A DNA stretch of 64,000 nt from Zootoca vivipara. Its lineage: Eukaryota. The DNA is taken from positions 21,700,001-21,764,000 of the forward strand of contig NC_083285.1 of the NCBI RefSeq assembly GCF_963506605.1, given 5' to 3'. The position numbers and the translations under genes are program-made. A model generated the notes under the pieces. It did no database searches. It saw only the letters and a list, made by a program, of their open reading frames with translations, and had not been told where the DNA came from. This document shows, one piece after another, positions 36,981 through 50,711 of this stretch (position 1 is the stretch's first letter; every line of letters starts with the position of its first letter).

Positions 36981-39331
36981 CATAACATATCCGACAAGAT
37001 ATTTTGCATGTGTATGCACTGTACACACTACATACCACTAATTTAATTATGGGTTTTATCCTGTGTTGGTCATTCTCAGAATAGGCCTGTTGAAATTAGT
37101 GGACATGACAAATTTAGGCCCATCAATTTTGTTGGGGCTACTCTGAGGAGAACATAGTTCTGAGTTCTAATTTAAGTATCCATAGTAAGGTTCCCTTCCA
37201 CACATATATGCTTAGATTAAAGGAAGAAGGTAACAGACCATCTCTGTAGCTATAGCAGCCCAGCCCTTGTCCACTCAGAGTTAGGCCCCAGTGAGTTCAA
37301 CTGCACCCTCAATCTTTCATCCAAATTCAATGGCATTTGTCTTTGATATTTTACCTCAATTTTAATATAATTCCCTTATGATAAATAAAATAGAAAGGGA
37401 ACATAAACAATTGTATAAAACCTATACATATGCATGGTTTAACCTTGATTTCCAGATTAGCCAAGAGCTTGCTCTAAACGTTCTCTTGTGAAGTAAGAGA
37501 ATTTTCAGGATCACATGTCTATATACTACAGTATATAAAAAGGGAATTATTTCTCTCTTTCCCAGAGGCTGTGAGGGACTTACGGTTTTCTGGCAAAGAA
37601 TCTCTTGCAATAATTTGCAAATTAGGTGATAAATAATTTAAAGTGTTTAGTTGTCATTTGCTTCCATTGGAAAATGGTATGGAATTTATTCCACAGCAAA
37701 AGGCTGACAGAGTTTCTGTATGTGCTATGCAAATATTTGAATATCCAATAACAAAGGTAAAAAAGCTGGATCTAACAGTGGGCTTTGCCTTAGCCGTTCC
37801 ATTCACACACTCTCACATATGAGCTTATGACACCCCTTCCCCTTATGACTTCTATCTGCCCCTGAGAGTTGGGCCCCTTCTCAAATAGTACAGGATCTGG
37901 CACAGAAAGCCCAGTTTGGTAGAACTCCCTCGCAACAGAAGCCAGATAGGCACCACCTCTGCTGAGTTGCAGGCACCTGATTATTTTATTAAGTTGCGTG
38001 CTTAGACCTTTAAACCCTCCCCCCCCCTAAATAAATTCAGACAAGACTCAAATTTTGCTTTGGTTTTTGGCAGAATTTAGGCCACAACTTTATTGATTAC
38101 AGCAAGTGAGTAGTTGCATAGGCTCTGGTTCAACTAGCTCCCTGCACCCTTACAGGTAGCGCTGGCCCAGGGCACCAGCCTAGGTTGAACACCCAGATAG
38201 GTGGAAAGCCGGGAACAGTATCTTTTTAACATTGTAAGCCACTTTGAGGCCTAGATGGTGAAAAGTGGGATATAAAATTTCCAAATAAAATACCGTAAGG
38301 GTAAGAGAAAACTGCTTTTTGACTGAGGAAGGAATATATTTCTTCTGCAATAGTCAATAAATATCTTCCAATTCAATGCAAAATTGTTCTGCTATTGTCT
38401 TTGTTTTTCTGCCTGCAAATGACATGTCAATTTTAGCCATTAGCACCAAATTCCATGCCTCTCCTAGAATGTTGTCTCCATTCTGTTGCAGAAAGTATTC
38501 TTGCCACTGCTAATATATATATATATATATATATAATTAACTCTTTATTGTTTCTGTCTTACTGAACCTTTTACATAACTCAATAAAGAATAAGACTGGG
38601 TACAATCCATCATTTTTAAATTCTCCAGTTTAATGTATTTAAATATGGCAGAGCATGGCACAAATCCTTAAACTGCCACCACTTCAGACTTCCCTTTCTA
38701 CACCTGCGTTATAGTAGAACCAGTAAACACTTCTACCGGTACATCATCAAAAATCTACTTGAGAAGGCATCCCATTGCAACACTAAATATACTTCCTTGT
38801 ACAATTTAAGGATCATATTTTAGACCTTGCCGTCTGAACATTTTATTATTCAGCCTACATTTTTATATGCTCAATTTCATCTGATTCATTCAAGTTATAT
38901 GTTTAACTTGCATAACTAAGGATGGTATTGCTGGTATTTAAATTATCCAGACCACTTAAGACACATTCATTATATAGGTCTCACAGGAGAAACAGCTTAT
39001 GTTCAAATATTGTTTTAAATTACAATTACTATTTTTTTTATTTTTACAATCATTGACCACATTTTTTTTATTAATATACTGTGCTATAGATACTCTTTAA
39101 TACTTGAAAGCTTTTTAATTAGGCTAAACTGCCTGTTATATACATTTGGATATTCAAGCAAAAAGAAGGAAATATTTAAGGAATAAATTACTGTAAGCAA
39201 AACCACAAGTGGCTGAAATGTTACAAATATTTATCTGATCATAGATGTTGACATAGCAAAAGCAGATCATGTTTATACTACATTGAATGAGGCTGGCTCT
39301 CTCTCTCCCCCCCCCCTCTTTCCAGTATATA

Positions 39332-39788
39332 CAGTATTTTTCCGTGTATAAGAGGCCCCCGTGTATAAGACGACCCCCATTTTTAAAAAACCCAAAATTA
39401 AGAAATTGTTTAGCTTTTGGGGGGTGGGGTGGGGTAGGTCACTTCCGCCAGTCGCTCACCGGCCTGCCTGCCACTGCTAATCACAGACCTCGCTGCAACC
39501 GCCAATTGTCTGCCCACTCGCTGTCACCAACAGCCCACCTGCCCACTTGCAGCCGCCGCCAATCACCTGCCCAATTGCCGCAGCCACAGCCAATCGCCAG
39601 CAGGCCTTGCCGCAGTCACCAATCACCCTCCCTATCACTGCTGCCAATCTCCTGCTTGCTGCTGCCATTAATCGCACGTCCCCCCTCCGCATTCACTATC
39701 CATGTGTAATATGACACCCAATTTTTGCCTCTCTCTCTCTCTTTTTTTTAAAGCAAAAAAGCTTCGTCTTATGCATGGAAAAATACAG
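39332..39788. mobile_element. Tc2/pogo-like non-autonomous element
   Basis: TA|cagtatttttccgtgtataaga ... tcttatgcatggaaaaatacag|TA. Internal degenerate gccaatc/cgcc repeats. Confidence 0.82.
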
Positions 39789-40108
39789 TATCGCCAGCCA
39801 AAGACTTACTCACTACCTGACATAAATCTTTACTTTAACCAGTTCCTTAAAACATACACACAGACTCTACTGTGAGCATTCAATGCCCTGTGTATGCATC
39901 AGTGGGCTTGTTGGACTACAGTCCACCTCTTTCTGTTTCGGTGACTCGATACTGACAGTGCTGTTCAATACTGTGGATAAATCTCCTCTGGAGAACATGC
40001 TGAAACATCTAGTGATATGCTTGTTTCAAAGAGTCTCTAATGAACACATCCCTTCTAAGAAACCAATCTACTGCCAATATTATTGTATCAATATGGTGCA
40101 ATCAAGAT

Positions 40109-40198
40109 CATAGCTGCCAAGTTTTCCCTTTTCTCGCGAGGAAGCCTATTCAGCATAATGGAATTTCCCTTAAAAAAAGGGAGAACTTGGCAGCTATG
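40109..40198 (+). mobile_element. 90-bp hAT MITE, copy 2
   Basis: Same TIRs. TSD atcaagat at 40101-40108 and 40199-40206. Confidence 0.95.
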
Positions 40199-40913
40199 AT
40201 CAAGATGGATACCCTTGACTTAAAGAAAAGCTTGCTGGCATGGTAGAAACTTTTTTGTAAAGAAAATCTCATTGGATTCCACCAGTCTAGACCATTGTTC
40301 ATTTCCCCAGTTATTTCACTATTGCAAACTGCATAGTCACGCAACCCCCATGAAAGTGTGTATTACCTGTCATTTTAGTGAGGCAGGATTCCTCAACCTG
40401 GTATCTTTGGACCAAAATTCTCATAATCCCTGTCCGTTAGCCATGCTGACTGGGGCCAATGAGAGTTAGAGTCAAGCAACATCTGAATGGCACTGCATTG
40501 GGGGAAGGTTGAAGGTACTCAGCTCTGCTGTAGACTGAGGAACCATCAATTGAAGTGTTCCTGGTTTCCTCAAATGTGTGTGGGAGATGGCATTTTACAC
40601 AATGCATTGAATCCATTATTCCTAACATAAACATTAACCCATCAAAGTGTCATAAGTATGTTTAATTAAGAGATTTTCCTTAGTGTTGGGCAAAACTCTT
40701 CGGAGTAGAAATGGACTGGAATATAGGGATCTGTCTAGCACCATGTCTGACTGCCTCTCTCTCTAGCCTAGTATTGCCTACCCAGATTGAAAACTGCCTC
40801 TATAGGGTCTGAGACAGAGCTGCTATCTCTTAAGTAGAATTGAACCAAGGACCTTCTCCATGCGAAGTTTGAGCTCTGCCAGTGAGTTATGCCCCCTGCG
40901 GCTCTACCTAGCA

Positions 40914-41047
40914 TAAGGTTACCATACGTCCCCGTTTCCCGGGGACAGTCCCCAGATTTACAAATCAGTCCCCTGACAAAATCCATCTGTTTAGTAGGAA
41001 GTTGAAAAGTGTCCCTGGGTTCATTGAAAAAAAATCTGGCCACCTTA
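40914..41047. mobile_element. hAT-like MITE (TAAGGT termini)
   Basis: taaggttacca / tggccacctta. TSD acctagca (40906-40913) / acctagta (41048-41055). Confidence 0.8.
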
Positions 41048-42398
41048 ACCTAGTATTCTATCTCACCTGTCTTTAAATTGCTTATACACAGTCTCTATAT
41101 TCTTTGGAATAGGGCACACAGACATAAATGGCTTGCTTGGGTGGGTTTGGAGCCACTACACTACCTTCCTGGCAGGTGGGTCACTGTTGCTTAATGGGAG
41201 GGGCTAGGTGGCAAGGAGGTCAGCACAGTTCAAATGTGCTAGCAGCAGCACAGGATTGGTTCTGCTGGTATGTTTGCACCACACTGACCTCCCCACCACC
41301 TTGCCTCCCAGTGACCCATCTGCTGGGAGGCTAGCACAGTGGTTCCACCCCACCAGTGAGCTGCTTTGGATACATGTGCATCATAATGCTAATTCCTAGT
41401 GCCTTTAAAAGAAAGGGATCAACTGACAAACATGAAAAAGACAGCTAATTAAACCTAAGCTGAGTAGGCCTGCAAGTCTATGCTCACTCGCTTTATTAGG
41501 ATCCCAGATGACTTGCAACTGGCTATTTGCATGATCTCTGCTTGTCTATAGGCAGAAAAGGAGCTACTCGGTCTGGGATTTAATGGGAGTTACTCAATCT
41601 GGGACTTTTTGTGCATTGTTTAATATACCTTTATTATATATTTAAAAACAAGTAAAACTGCCCATATGCATGGGAGAATAAAAAAAAAGTTTTTGCTATG
41701 ATTTAAGCACCAGGTAAGTTGGTTGCTGCTTCCATTTCACCTGAAAGGGAACGTTTTTCTGCTGCTGATAAAGATACAATATTATTTGATAAATGTATTT
41801 TGCATTTCCTTTGCAAAGGAGTTTACCTTCTTTATCTTTCAATTCACAGTTCCTCTGTTCAACCCCATTAAACTTAAATTCAGTCTGAGCTAATATCCAC
41901 TTATTGCACTCATAATCTATTGGCCTTGTCAACAACCATTCTTCTCGAGGCAAATAGCATCCTTGTCTTCTGTGATTTTTCAGCACTAATAGCATCCCCA
42001 AAAGAAAAGAAAATAATACAGGTGCAAATGTATGTCAGTAGCTAAAACAGCAAAGTCCTTTTTGCTCATTGCCCTTCACGCAATTGACAATCATGTAAAG
42101 GCTCCCCTTTCACTAAGGCCACCTGTGTCTGAAATAACAGAGATGTATCCAAGAGAACCCCCAGATTATGTACCTCCACCATGGAAGAAAGTCCTACAGG
42201 TGAGAGGCAGGTTGCAGAGCAGTTCCTGCCTTATCTTTGGTGGTAGAGCTTATTGCTGTCGAGACCTGATATAGGTCTCACTTGCTGGGCGTAAGTCTTA
42301 TTGAACTGGGTGGGACTTATTTCTGAGTAGACATGCATAAAAATGCACAGACACACTTTTAAAACAATGTTTATGGAAGACAATCTTACTTGGCTACG

Positions 42399-42399
42399 A

Positions 42400-42439
<40 letters not shown>
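42399..42439. repeat. (TGT)n microsatellite
   Basis: Perfect run; tail of a reverse retro-element continuing at ~42690-42760. Confidence 0.93.
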
Positions 42440-42447
42440 AAGATTTA

Positions 42448-42689
42448 CAGTGGTACCTCTACTTACAAATAACTCTACTTACGAATATTTCTACTTATGA
42501 ATGGAGCTCCGTCCGCCATCTTGGATGCGGTTTAGATAGGATTTTTTCTACTTACGAATTTTTAGATAGGGATGCTTGACTTACGAATTTTTTCTCCCAA
42601 TGCATTCCTATGGGATTCGACGTACAAATTTTTCCGACTTACAAATGTGTGTTTGGAACACATTAAATTCGTAAGTAGAGGTACCACTG
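42448..42689. mobile_element. Tigger/pogo-like MITE
   Basis: TA|cagtggtacctctacttac ... gtaagtagaggtaccactg|TA (19-bp perfect TIR). Repeated acttacgaat motif inside. Confidence 0.93.
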
Positions 42690-42862
42690 TATATACCACC
42701 CTTCATCAAAAGATCTCAAGGCGGTTCACAGAATAAAATACATGGTAAAAAATAAAATAAAACAAAACAATTACCCACCCACCCCCGATAACAAGGTGAA
42801 ATCAATTAAAAGCCAAATAAAAACCAACAATGTACAGTATGAAATTCTTAAATACATTGTAC

Positions 42863-42996
42863 CAGTGCTATTTTTCTAGAAAAATAAGTGCTGGAACTCA
42901 CAATGAGCACCTCCATTGTTCTCTTATAATGGCAATGGCGCCCACCTGAGAGGCGCTGAAATGGAGTTCCGGCAAGTACCGGCTTTAAAAGCCCTG
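42863..42996. mobile_element. hAT-like MITE (CAGTGCT/CAGGGCT termini)
   Basis: cagtgctatttt / aaaagccctg. Degenerate TSD cattgtac / catgttac. A second partial copy lies at 21769-21815. Confidence 0.65.
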
Positions 42997-45900
42997 CATG
43001 TTACATACGTTGTAACAAAACCTCTTAACGCTGCTTCTGTTGACATACGGTAAATCTCAATTTGAGGAGGCACTTTGCTAAGGTGGAGAGGATGGCTTGG
43101 CTTTTTTACCACTCCGGCATGGCAGGGTGATAAATAAACATCTCCATGGCAGGGGAAAGGAAAAAAGCTTTTCCATCAGAGTCTGTGACGGAACCTGAAA
43201 TGCTTGTTGAACTGCTAAACTGAGTGCTCAGGGTGGTTGTCTTTAGTTTCTGTTGGACTGAGATGGTATATCTGTCAATAAATAAACAACACCTGAGCTC
43301 ATGAATGAAGTTGCCTATATTTATCCAAGGGAAGCACAAGTTACTTAAAAATCCATTCAGTTCTTTTTGTTAGATGGTGTTTATGTGGAAGATGAATATC
43401 ATTCATATTCCTGCAGCTAGTTCCACCTTTAATGTATCATTTTAATGCGAAATATCAATATGTCAGTTCTTTGAAACCAACCTTTTGAAATTATTAGAAC
43501 TCCAAAAAGCACATAACTGTGCTTTTCAGAAAAAGAAAAGGGGAAATCATGAAGCTAAAATACATTTCCCTCCATTACACTGAGCTTGACAGTCTGCTTT
43601 TAATTTTGGATTTAAACACATTAATGCAAAGTACATTAAAACTGCTCCACTTGAAGATTAGGATGACACTGAAATTAGCTGCATGTCTCCTTTGAAGCAA
43701 AGGTAAACACTAATCAAAAATGTTTTGAAATAATCGGAATGGTAACGGTGAATATTTATGAGATTTGCTATTTCGTGGCTTAAAGAGCAAAGGAGGAAAA
43801 GGCAGACAGAAGGTCAACATCAGAAAATTCCTGTTTGGAATGGGAAAAGATTAATAAGCCATGCAAACAAAGAGGTGAATTTAATGTTATCTTTTTTTAA
43901 AAAAAGTCAACCTGAACTTTACTTCATACAAATATCAGAAATGGCAGTTAGGAGAGCTATGCACCAATTAAATGCATTGTTTTGGATACGTTGGCTGCTC
44001 TGTCTATCCAGCTAGGTACTAATTTTCATGAAAAAACAACAACCCCAAAATAATTGGATCCCACACACCATACTTTTGATGCCAGCTTCCATTTCTGACA
44101 TGGGGATTCTGTTTTCCCAATTTCAGTCTTGCCCTCTCATTCTGTGTTCCTCATTCTGAGGGACAACCTGTCTATGTTTTTACCTTTAGGATATATTTCC
44201 ATCGGCCTTTCAAAGCCATAATCAGGCCTGATTAAGGTTGTTTGAAACCTTGAAGCTGTACTGATTTGTGGAGCGATGTGGATTATAACAAGCCCCTTCA
44301 CAAAACTAAAGATGCATCAGTCTGGTTAAAAGAATTAGATTTGATTTCTACAATACAAACACTAAATTCCCTTTTGCAGCCATTTTATACTTCCTTCTAT
44401 ATATTCACAACAGCCAAGTGAGGTAGGTTACGACAGAGTTGCGGACTGGCCTAAGGCAGGAAATGAGTAAAAACAATAAGTGTGTGTGCTCAGAGTATTT
44501 TCTTTTGTTTATCAATGCAGGTAATAATAATAAAAACCCGCTTACAACTGGCTGAGAGTTGTGAAACCACATGTGTTCAGGGTTTTCTGCAAAGGTTTGT
44601 GCCATTAGTCTTTAAGATATCACAAGACTTTTTGAGGTACCTTTCTCATGAGTTCCTTTTTAGCAGAAGAGGGGCCCTGTTTGGGGAACTGCACAAGGAC
44701 ACCGAACCATTTTAATCCGGCATTGCTTGACTTTTCAGTGAGGCAGCATGAAGATTACCCCATTGACTGATACTTCAGATACTTCTTTCCATTGCTCATC
44801 TTTCCCTATAAACCCCACTAATTTCACTGAGGGAGGGATGGGTGAATCTTGCAATTTCAGTTTATCTCAGTTTCTCATATTTCAATCTTAACTTCAGTTT
44901 TTCACATTTCCACATCAGTTTGCATTTTATTTTAATAAAAATAAATGTTCGTAAAAAAAAAATCACATACATTTAATTTCACCTCATAGAAACACTGTTT
45001 GCAAAGCGTTCCCCCCCCAATATAATGTAATTTGTAAATTATCTTTACTAATACATGCATTTGTATGCACACATTGGTCCAATATATGCTTTTAGTGCAC
45101 ATTACTTGGCTATAGAACTGCATTGCAAAATTCGGAAAAGAGCAAATTTCAAAGGAGTGCTTTGTTTTGATTTGTGTATTCTTTCAGAATGCACATATTA
45201 AGTAGATTCACCTTTAAATGTGACCTGACTTGAACATCTCACACATTGCTGTAAATACCTGATATCTGTAAGAATCATCATCATAATCTAGGCAAATATA
45301 TCTGTGTGGTGCAGTGAATGACGAGAAGTTTTCGATTATGCTGCTAGGTAACAAAAATACTTTATTAAGTGACACACACACACACACACACACACACCCC
45401 AATTGCTAGAGAAGCCTAACAGTATGCACTTATATTCAGATCATGGATTAATTACAGAACAGAGCACTTGATTTAAACCAATGGCGTTTTTGCTTGGTGA
45501 GTTATCATGATTTATATCCAATTGCTGATTAAAATGCCTGGATTTAAATCAGTCTGCCTTGCTCCTAGCTAAATCATTTGCTTGAATTCAATCCTAGCGT
45601 TTTTTCTAAGGGTGAGTTGAAAGTAGAAAGACCACAATTAGCTAGGAATTGATAATTAGATGAAATGAAATGTTCACACAACACTTCAAACATTTTTTTA
45701 AATAAAAATTGAGTGTAGAGTAGTTCATACAACCTCTTTCCTACCAGAAAGATACAAAAATTCGCATTATTGAGTTATACTGAAGGAAAACACTTGAGCA
45801 TTAGCGCAGCATTTTGGCTTACACCCAAATCCATGTGAGTAAGAATCATTGAAATCAGTGGGACTTGCTTCTGAGAAGCTTGCATAGGCTTGACCTATAA

Positions 45901-47069
45901 GACACTTGAAGTATCAGATGTATCTTCAAGGGAGGGGAGTTGAACTGTCCTTGAAAGATATAAAGACTGCATAAAGGAGAATTTATAATGTCTCTCTTGG
46001 GTTTGACAATATTAATTTGTCTCAGACGATTTGGAAGTCTTGGCCACACTGACACTTTCCTCGGTGCATGTTAACGAGGGTGCCACTGTCTCATTAAGCT
46101 AAGTGGCATTCAGCATTGAAGAAGAAAATAATTCAGAGAATTGTCATGGAATTACAATGATCTGCTATTAATAAATGGTAGCCATACGGATACAATGAAA
46201 GCAGAATCATTATTGCATTTAAGGAAAGCAGAGTGCATGCTAGTTAGAGAATCAATGGGGACACCCAAACAATTGTGCATTTTGGAAAACCCTCTGCCTT
46301 TAGACATAGAAATTTTCAAATGCATACATGAATAAACACATGTCTGCACATTTCCCCTTACCATCCATTCCAGTCGCAATTATTTGGAGTGAATTTCAGA
46401 GTGTGTTAAAATTGCAGAGGCAGAAATACCCTTCATTACCAAATACCATTCCCAGCTGAAAATCTACCCTATGATTTAGAGATGATATGTGATGTTGCCC
46501 TGCGTGTACACCTGTAAATTATGCAGTATAGCAAAATGGGGAAAGGCAGTTGCACATGGCTTGGAGAGATTTTAGGAGAAACCAACTTCACTTTCTGCCT
46601 GCTCAGGCTTTCTCATCCCTCAGTGAGGCAGAAGGGAAGAAGTGCATTAGTTCTGCTCTCCCATCACTGCCCTCCCACACATTGGAGGGATAACTTGGAA
46701 AAGAGAAGTCTTTTCTATATGTGTGATCCTTAACCCTGACTTTCCTGAAATTGTGTGGGGTGCCTACAAAAGTGAAGCAGGATCTCCACTTTAGAAGTTC
46801 AACCCCCAACAGCTGAAGGGCTGTGGGAGTGGCAATGGTGAGGTGAGGTGAGGGGAATTGGGGTAAGGGTGAACCCTGGGAGTGTAGCCACATTTATCCC
46901 TTCATATAATGGTAACAGCACAAGGGAAATATCACTTTAATATAGTTTGTATCTCGATTCCCCTAACTGCTCTTTGTGTCCCATCAACTTTGAGGGGCCC
47001 AGCCCCCTCAAATATTTTATTGGGGCCCACCTAGGAGTTGGCTCCTATGCCCACCACAGACTTAGGGTG

Positions 47070-47335
47070 CATTCAGACCTTGGGAGGGCATTATCTGTGG
47101 TGGCCCCTAAGTTGTAGAACTTCATCCCACACAGGTATACCTTCATTATACAGGTTCCAGAGGATGCTGAAGATGCACATTTCCCCCCTGGCTTTTGACC
47201 CCTAAGGTGTATGTTTTTAGGACCCACCTTATTTTTATGAGTGTTAAGTTGTTTTAAATTGTTTTTCATATTGTGTTTTGATGCTGTAACCTGCCCTGTT
47301 AACTCAGGAAGAAGGGCCAGAGATAAATAAACAAT
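47070..47335 (+). mobile_element. Degraded L2 3' fragment
   Basis: gggagggcattatctgtggtggcccctaagttgtagaac (RAFSV.AP.LWN-like) and a ...gataaataa tail. Confidence 0.6.
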
Positions 47336-49129
47336 TTAACACATTTTGCTAGATTTCTGGAAGTGGCTTTTACATTGCATGAAAGCTCAGATACGATGCA
47401 GAAATTAGGGAAATGTCAAGGAAATGGAATAAATTTCATGAGAGTTCCCGGCCAGTTCCAGCCCAGTGTTGGAGCAACAGTTTGAGCTCCGTGCATAACA
47501 GCCTATCCTGCATCTTACTTTGCCACACATCCAACCACATAGCAAACTATTTGCTGTCCTAACTGCCTGTCGACAATTCCAAACGCGCAGAAATGTGAAT
47601 GTTGTGTGTTTTTCAGCTTTAATAGAAATACCCGACTTTTATTGTCTGAGACAATATTTTAAATGACCCGTGAAGTCTATAAATGTCACATTAACAAATG
47701 TATGCCTTGGGTGACGGTGTCAGTACGAGCTGAAATACATTTAGTCAGAAATGCCAGAATGGCTCCCACCTATTATAGTTACTTATCTATTACCTAAAAC
47801 AGTTTTACCACTCTGCTGGGAGTGCAAAGAAACTGAAAACAATATGCATGCTTTCTTTGCTAAGTGAAGTGCCATAAACCATAAAACAACAACGCTGAAC
47901 ACCGTGATAAATCAGAAGATAATGGATTCCTATATTTATTAACAGCATAAAATGAGCAAGTATGTTTGTCTCCAAAACAGTCTCCTGATTTTATGAAATT
48001 GAGGGTTGCTGCCTTTTTACAGGAAACCAAATACAATAGAGGGCAGAAAATTCAAGCACATGCCCGGGTCACAAGTCTGGTCTGAATATCAGGAATGAGA
48101 ACATCTCAGTCCCAACAGCTTTTGGTGCTTGCTTCCAGAGCCTGAGGCTGCCATGTTTGAGCAAATCATAGATCCCATTGGCCTATGTGCTGCAATCACT
48201 GCTGCTTCATACAGTCAGAGGCGTCTCAAGAGGCACGGCCTAATAGTGGCCTAGAGCATTATCACAGGCAATCAGCATGGGAGCTGTTTGGAACCGGCAT
48301 GGCTAGATTATGGATTTTCCCATTTTCTTCACAGATTACATTCATGCAAGGTATTGGCTGAGCAGAATAGTGAAAATGGGTTCATGAAACCTATAGATTA
48401 TATTCCAATGCTCCTCAAACCCATTGCAGCCACAGAACACAATTCCTTTTTTAAAAAAACCAAGAGAAAATCAAGACATACCCTTCCTCCATGCCCTCTT
48501 GCATTGTCACAAATGTGGCACGTCTCTCTTGTTGACATCACCTACCCCCAATTCTAAGATTCTTCCTCCAAAGTCGGCAGGAAGAAAGTAAAGTGTAAAA
48601 TGGAAATATCATACTAGATCTTTACTCCAATTGTTTGTTTTGTCCTGGTAATACTAATATGCATAGATTTTCCATTTGCAGCTGCCAATTGAAGGAAAGA
48701 CTTATTTGAAAACCAGCAGGAAGTAGAAAAGCAGAAAGAAAAGGGGGAGAGTGGGGAAAAATCTAGTGTGCCACATACAAAGAGGCAATGAGAATGATCC
48801 TGGCCTTATGATGTGTCAGCAGGAAGGGATCCTGCTCCTAAATCGCTCCTAAATCCCCTTGCACCCATGGAGCACAATGCAATGACCATGTAAACAAAAA
48901 ACAATCATATTTCACTAGCAGAAGTTGTAACCTTTATATAAGTGGGATTCAGCCAGCATAATGAGAAAGTAGGACAACATTGAAAGCATGTTGGAAAGAG
49001 GCCTTAGCTGTAAACCTATGCCCTCTTAGTGTTTGAGGCTGTGGGCACCAAATTTATTTTAAGGACATTAAAAACACACACACCAAATAAGCCTGAGAAC
49101 TATAGTTTGCCTCTCACAGAGATAAGCAA

Positions 49130-49370
49130 GTGTGGTGTAGTGGTTAAGAGCGGTAGACTCATAATCTGGGGAACCGGGTTTGCGTCTCCGCTCCTCCACA
49201 CGCAACTGCTGGGTGACCTCGGGCTAGTCGCACTTCTTTGAAGTCTCTCAGCCCCACTCATCTCAAAGAGGGTTTGTTGTTGGGAAGGAAGGGAAAGGAG
49301 AATGTTAGCCACTTTGAGACTCCTTCGGGTAGTGATAAGGCGGGATATCAAATCCAAACTCCTCTTCTTC
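49130..49370 (+). mobile_element. tRNA-derived SINE (Squam3-like from memory) with a (CTT)n tail
   Basis: A-box-like tggtgtagtgg, B-box-like gggtttgcgtctcc and tail ctcctcttcttc. Possible TSD taagca. Sits inside an older hairpin element. Confidence 0.8.
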
Positions 49371-49464
49371 TTAAGCACCCTTAACAAACTATAGTCTCCA
49401 GGATTCTTTGAGGTGGGAAATGTGCTTTAAATGCAGCCTGTCCCCAAATCATGACACCTTAACA

Positions 49465-49600
49465 CAGGCATCCCCAAACTTCGGCCCTCCAGATGTTTTG
49501 GACTACAATTCCCATCTTCCCCAGCCACTGGTCCTGTTAGCTAGGGATCATGAGAGTTGTAGACCAAAATATCTGGAGGGCCGCAGTTTGGGGATGCCTG
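49465..49600 (+). mobile_element. 136-bp hAT-Charlie-type MITE, copy C
   Basis: Same TIR. TSD ccttaaca (49457-49464) / ccttaacg (49601-49608). Confidence 0.93.
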
Positions 49601-50621
49601 CCTTAACGCGACACTTGCAGATGAGGAGAAGTAGGCTCCCACTCGAGAACCATGCTAAAGGTTTAAGTTTAATGTGCATAATATTCAATGTTTGTATGCA
49701 CTGAACTTAAAACTCCTGCAGAGAGGTTCTTGTTAAGAGAGGTTCACATTAGGCACTGAAAGAGAAGTTCTTTGGGCTGTTTTAAAAGGAGATAAAGGAC
49801 TGAACCACAATGTCTGCTACTTGAGAGCAATGTGTAACTTTGTTCTATGCAACGTTTGTTGTAACTGCTCAGGACTCTTTCAGTGAAGCTTTGGAACTCA
49901 TCCTTGGGGTGGAAAGCTTATTCATTTCTACACAAGGTCCGAACAGTCCAGATCAGGGATTTTGTTGCATCAATTCTAACAGGCCACAGTTGATGACTAC
50001 CCCTGTCTTTCCTCTATACTCACACGGTAGTGATAAGCAACTCAGATCACATCCACAAAATACGTTTAAAGCATTGTTATACCACTCTAACAATCATGAT
50101 TTCCCCAAAGATTCCTGGAAACAGAAGATAAAACGGTGCTGGGAGCTGTAGCTCTGGGAAGGACTCTCACTCTCTCCTGAACAAACACTAGCTCCCAGGA
50201 TTCCTGGGGAGAATTCATGTCTGTTCAAATAGCATAACAGCATTTTAAGTGTTTGGTTTGGCCTTAGTTTATTCCCAGCCACAGTGTCACATTTACTTGC
50301 ATTTACCCATAAGTGTTTTCCACCCTGTTGCTAAATTCATCAATTTACCTTTCTAAACAATGTTCTTGAAAGCACAACATAGAGAAGACACAACCCTTTA
50401 ACACCCCACCTTGCCCCAACACAATACAATCATGTATTTGCATTTGACAGACACATAAACATTGCAACCTGACTTAGGGAACATCTAGCATAGCAAAAGG
50501 TTCACAGACATGGCTGCCATCATGAATCCCTCCCTCTCCTGTTGAAACTCATTTTTTTGTTATTTAAGCAGCACCTTCTGAATACATGGAAACTTGCAAA
50601 GCATCCTAAGTGAAAGGCAGG

Positions 50622-50711
50622 CATAGCTGCCAAGTTATCCCTTTTTTTAAGGGATTTTCCCTTATGCTGAATAGGCTTCCTCGCGAGAAAAGGGAAAACT
50701 TGGCAGCTATG
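50622..50711 (-). mobile_element. 90-bp hAT MITE, copy 3
   Basis: Same TIRs. TSD aaggcagg at 50614-50621 and 50712-50719. Confidence 0.95.
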
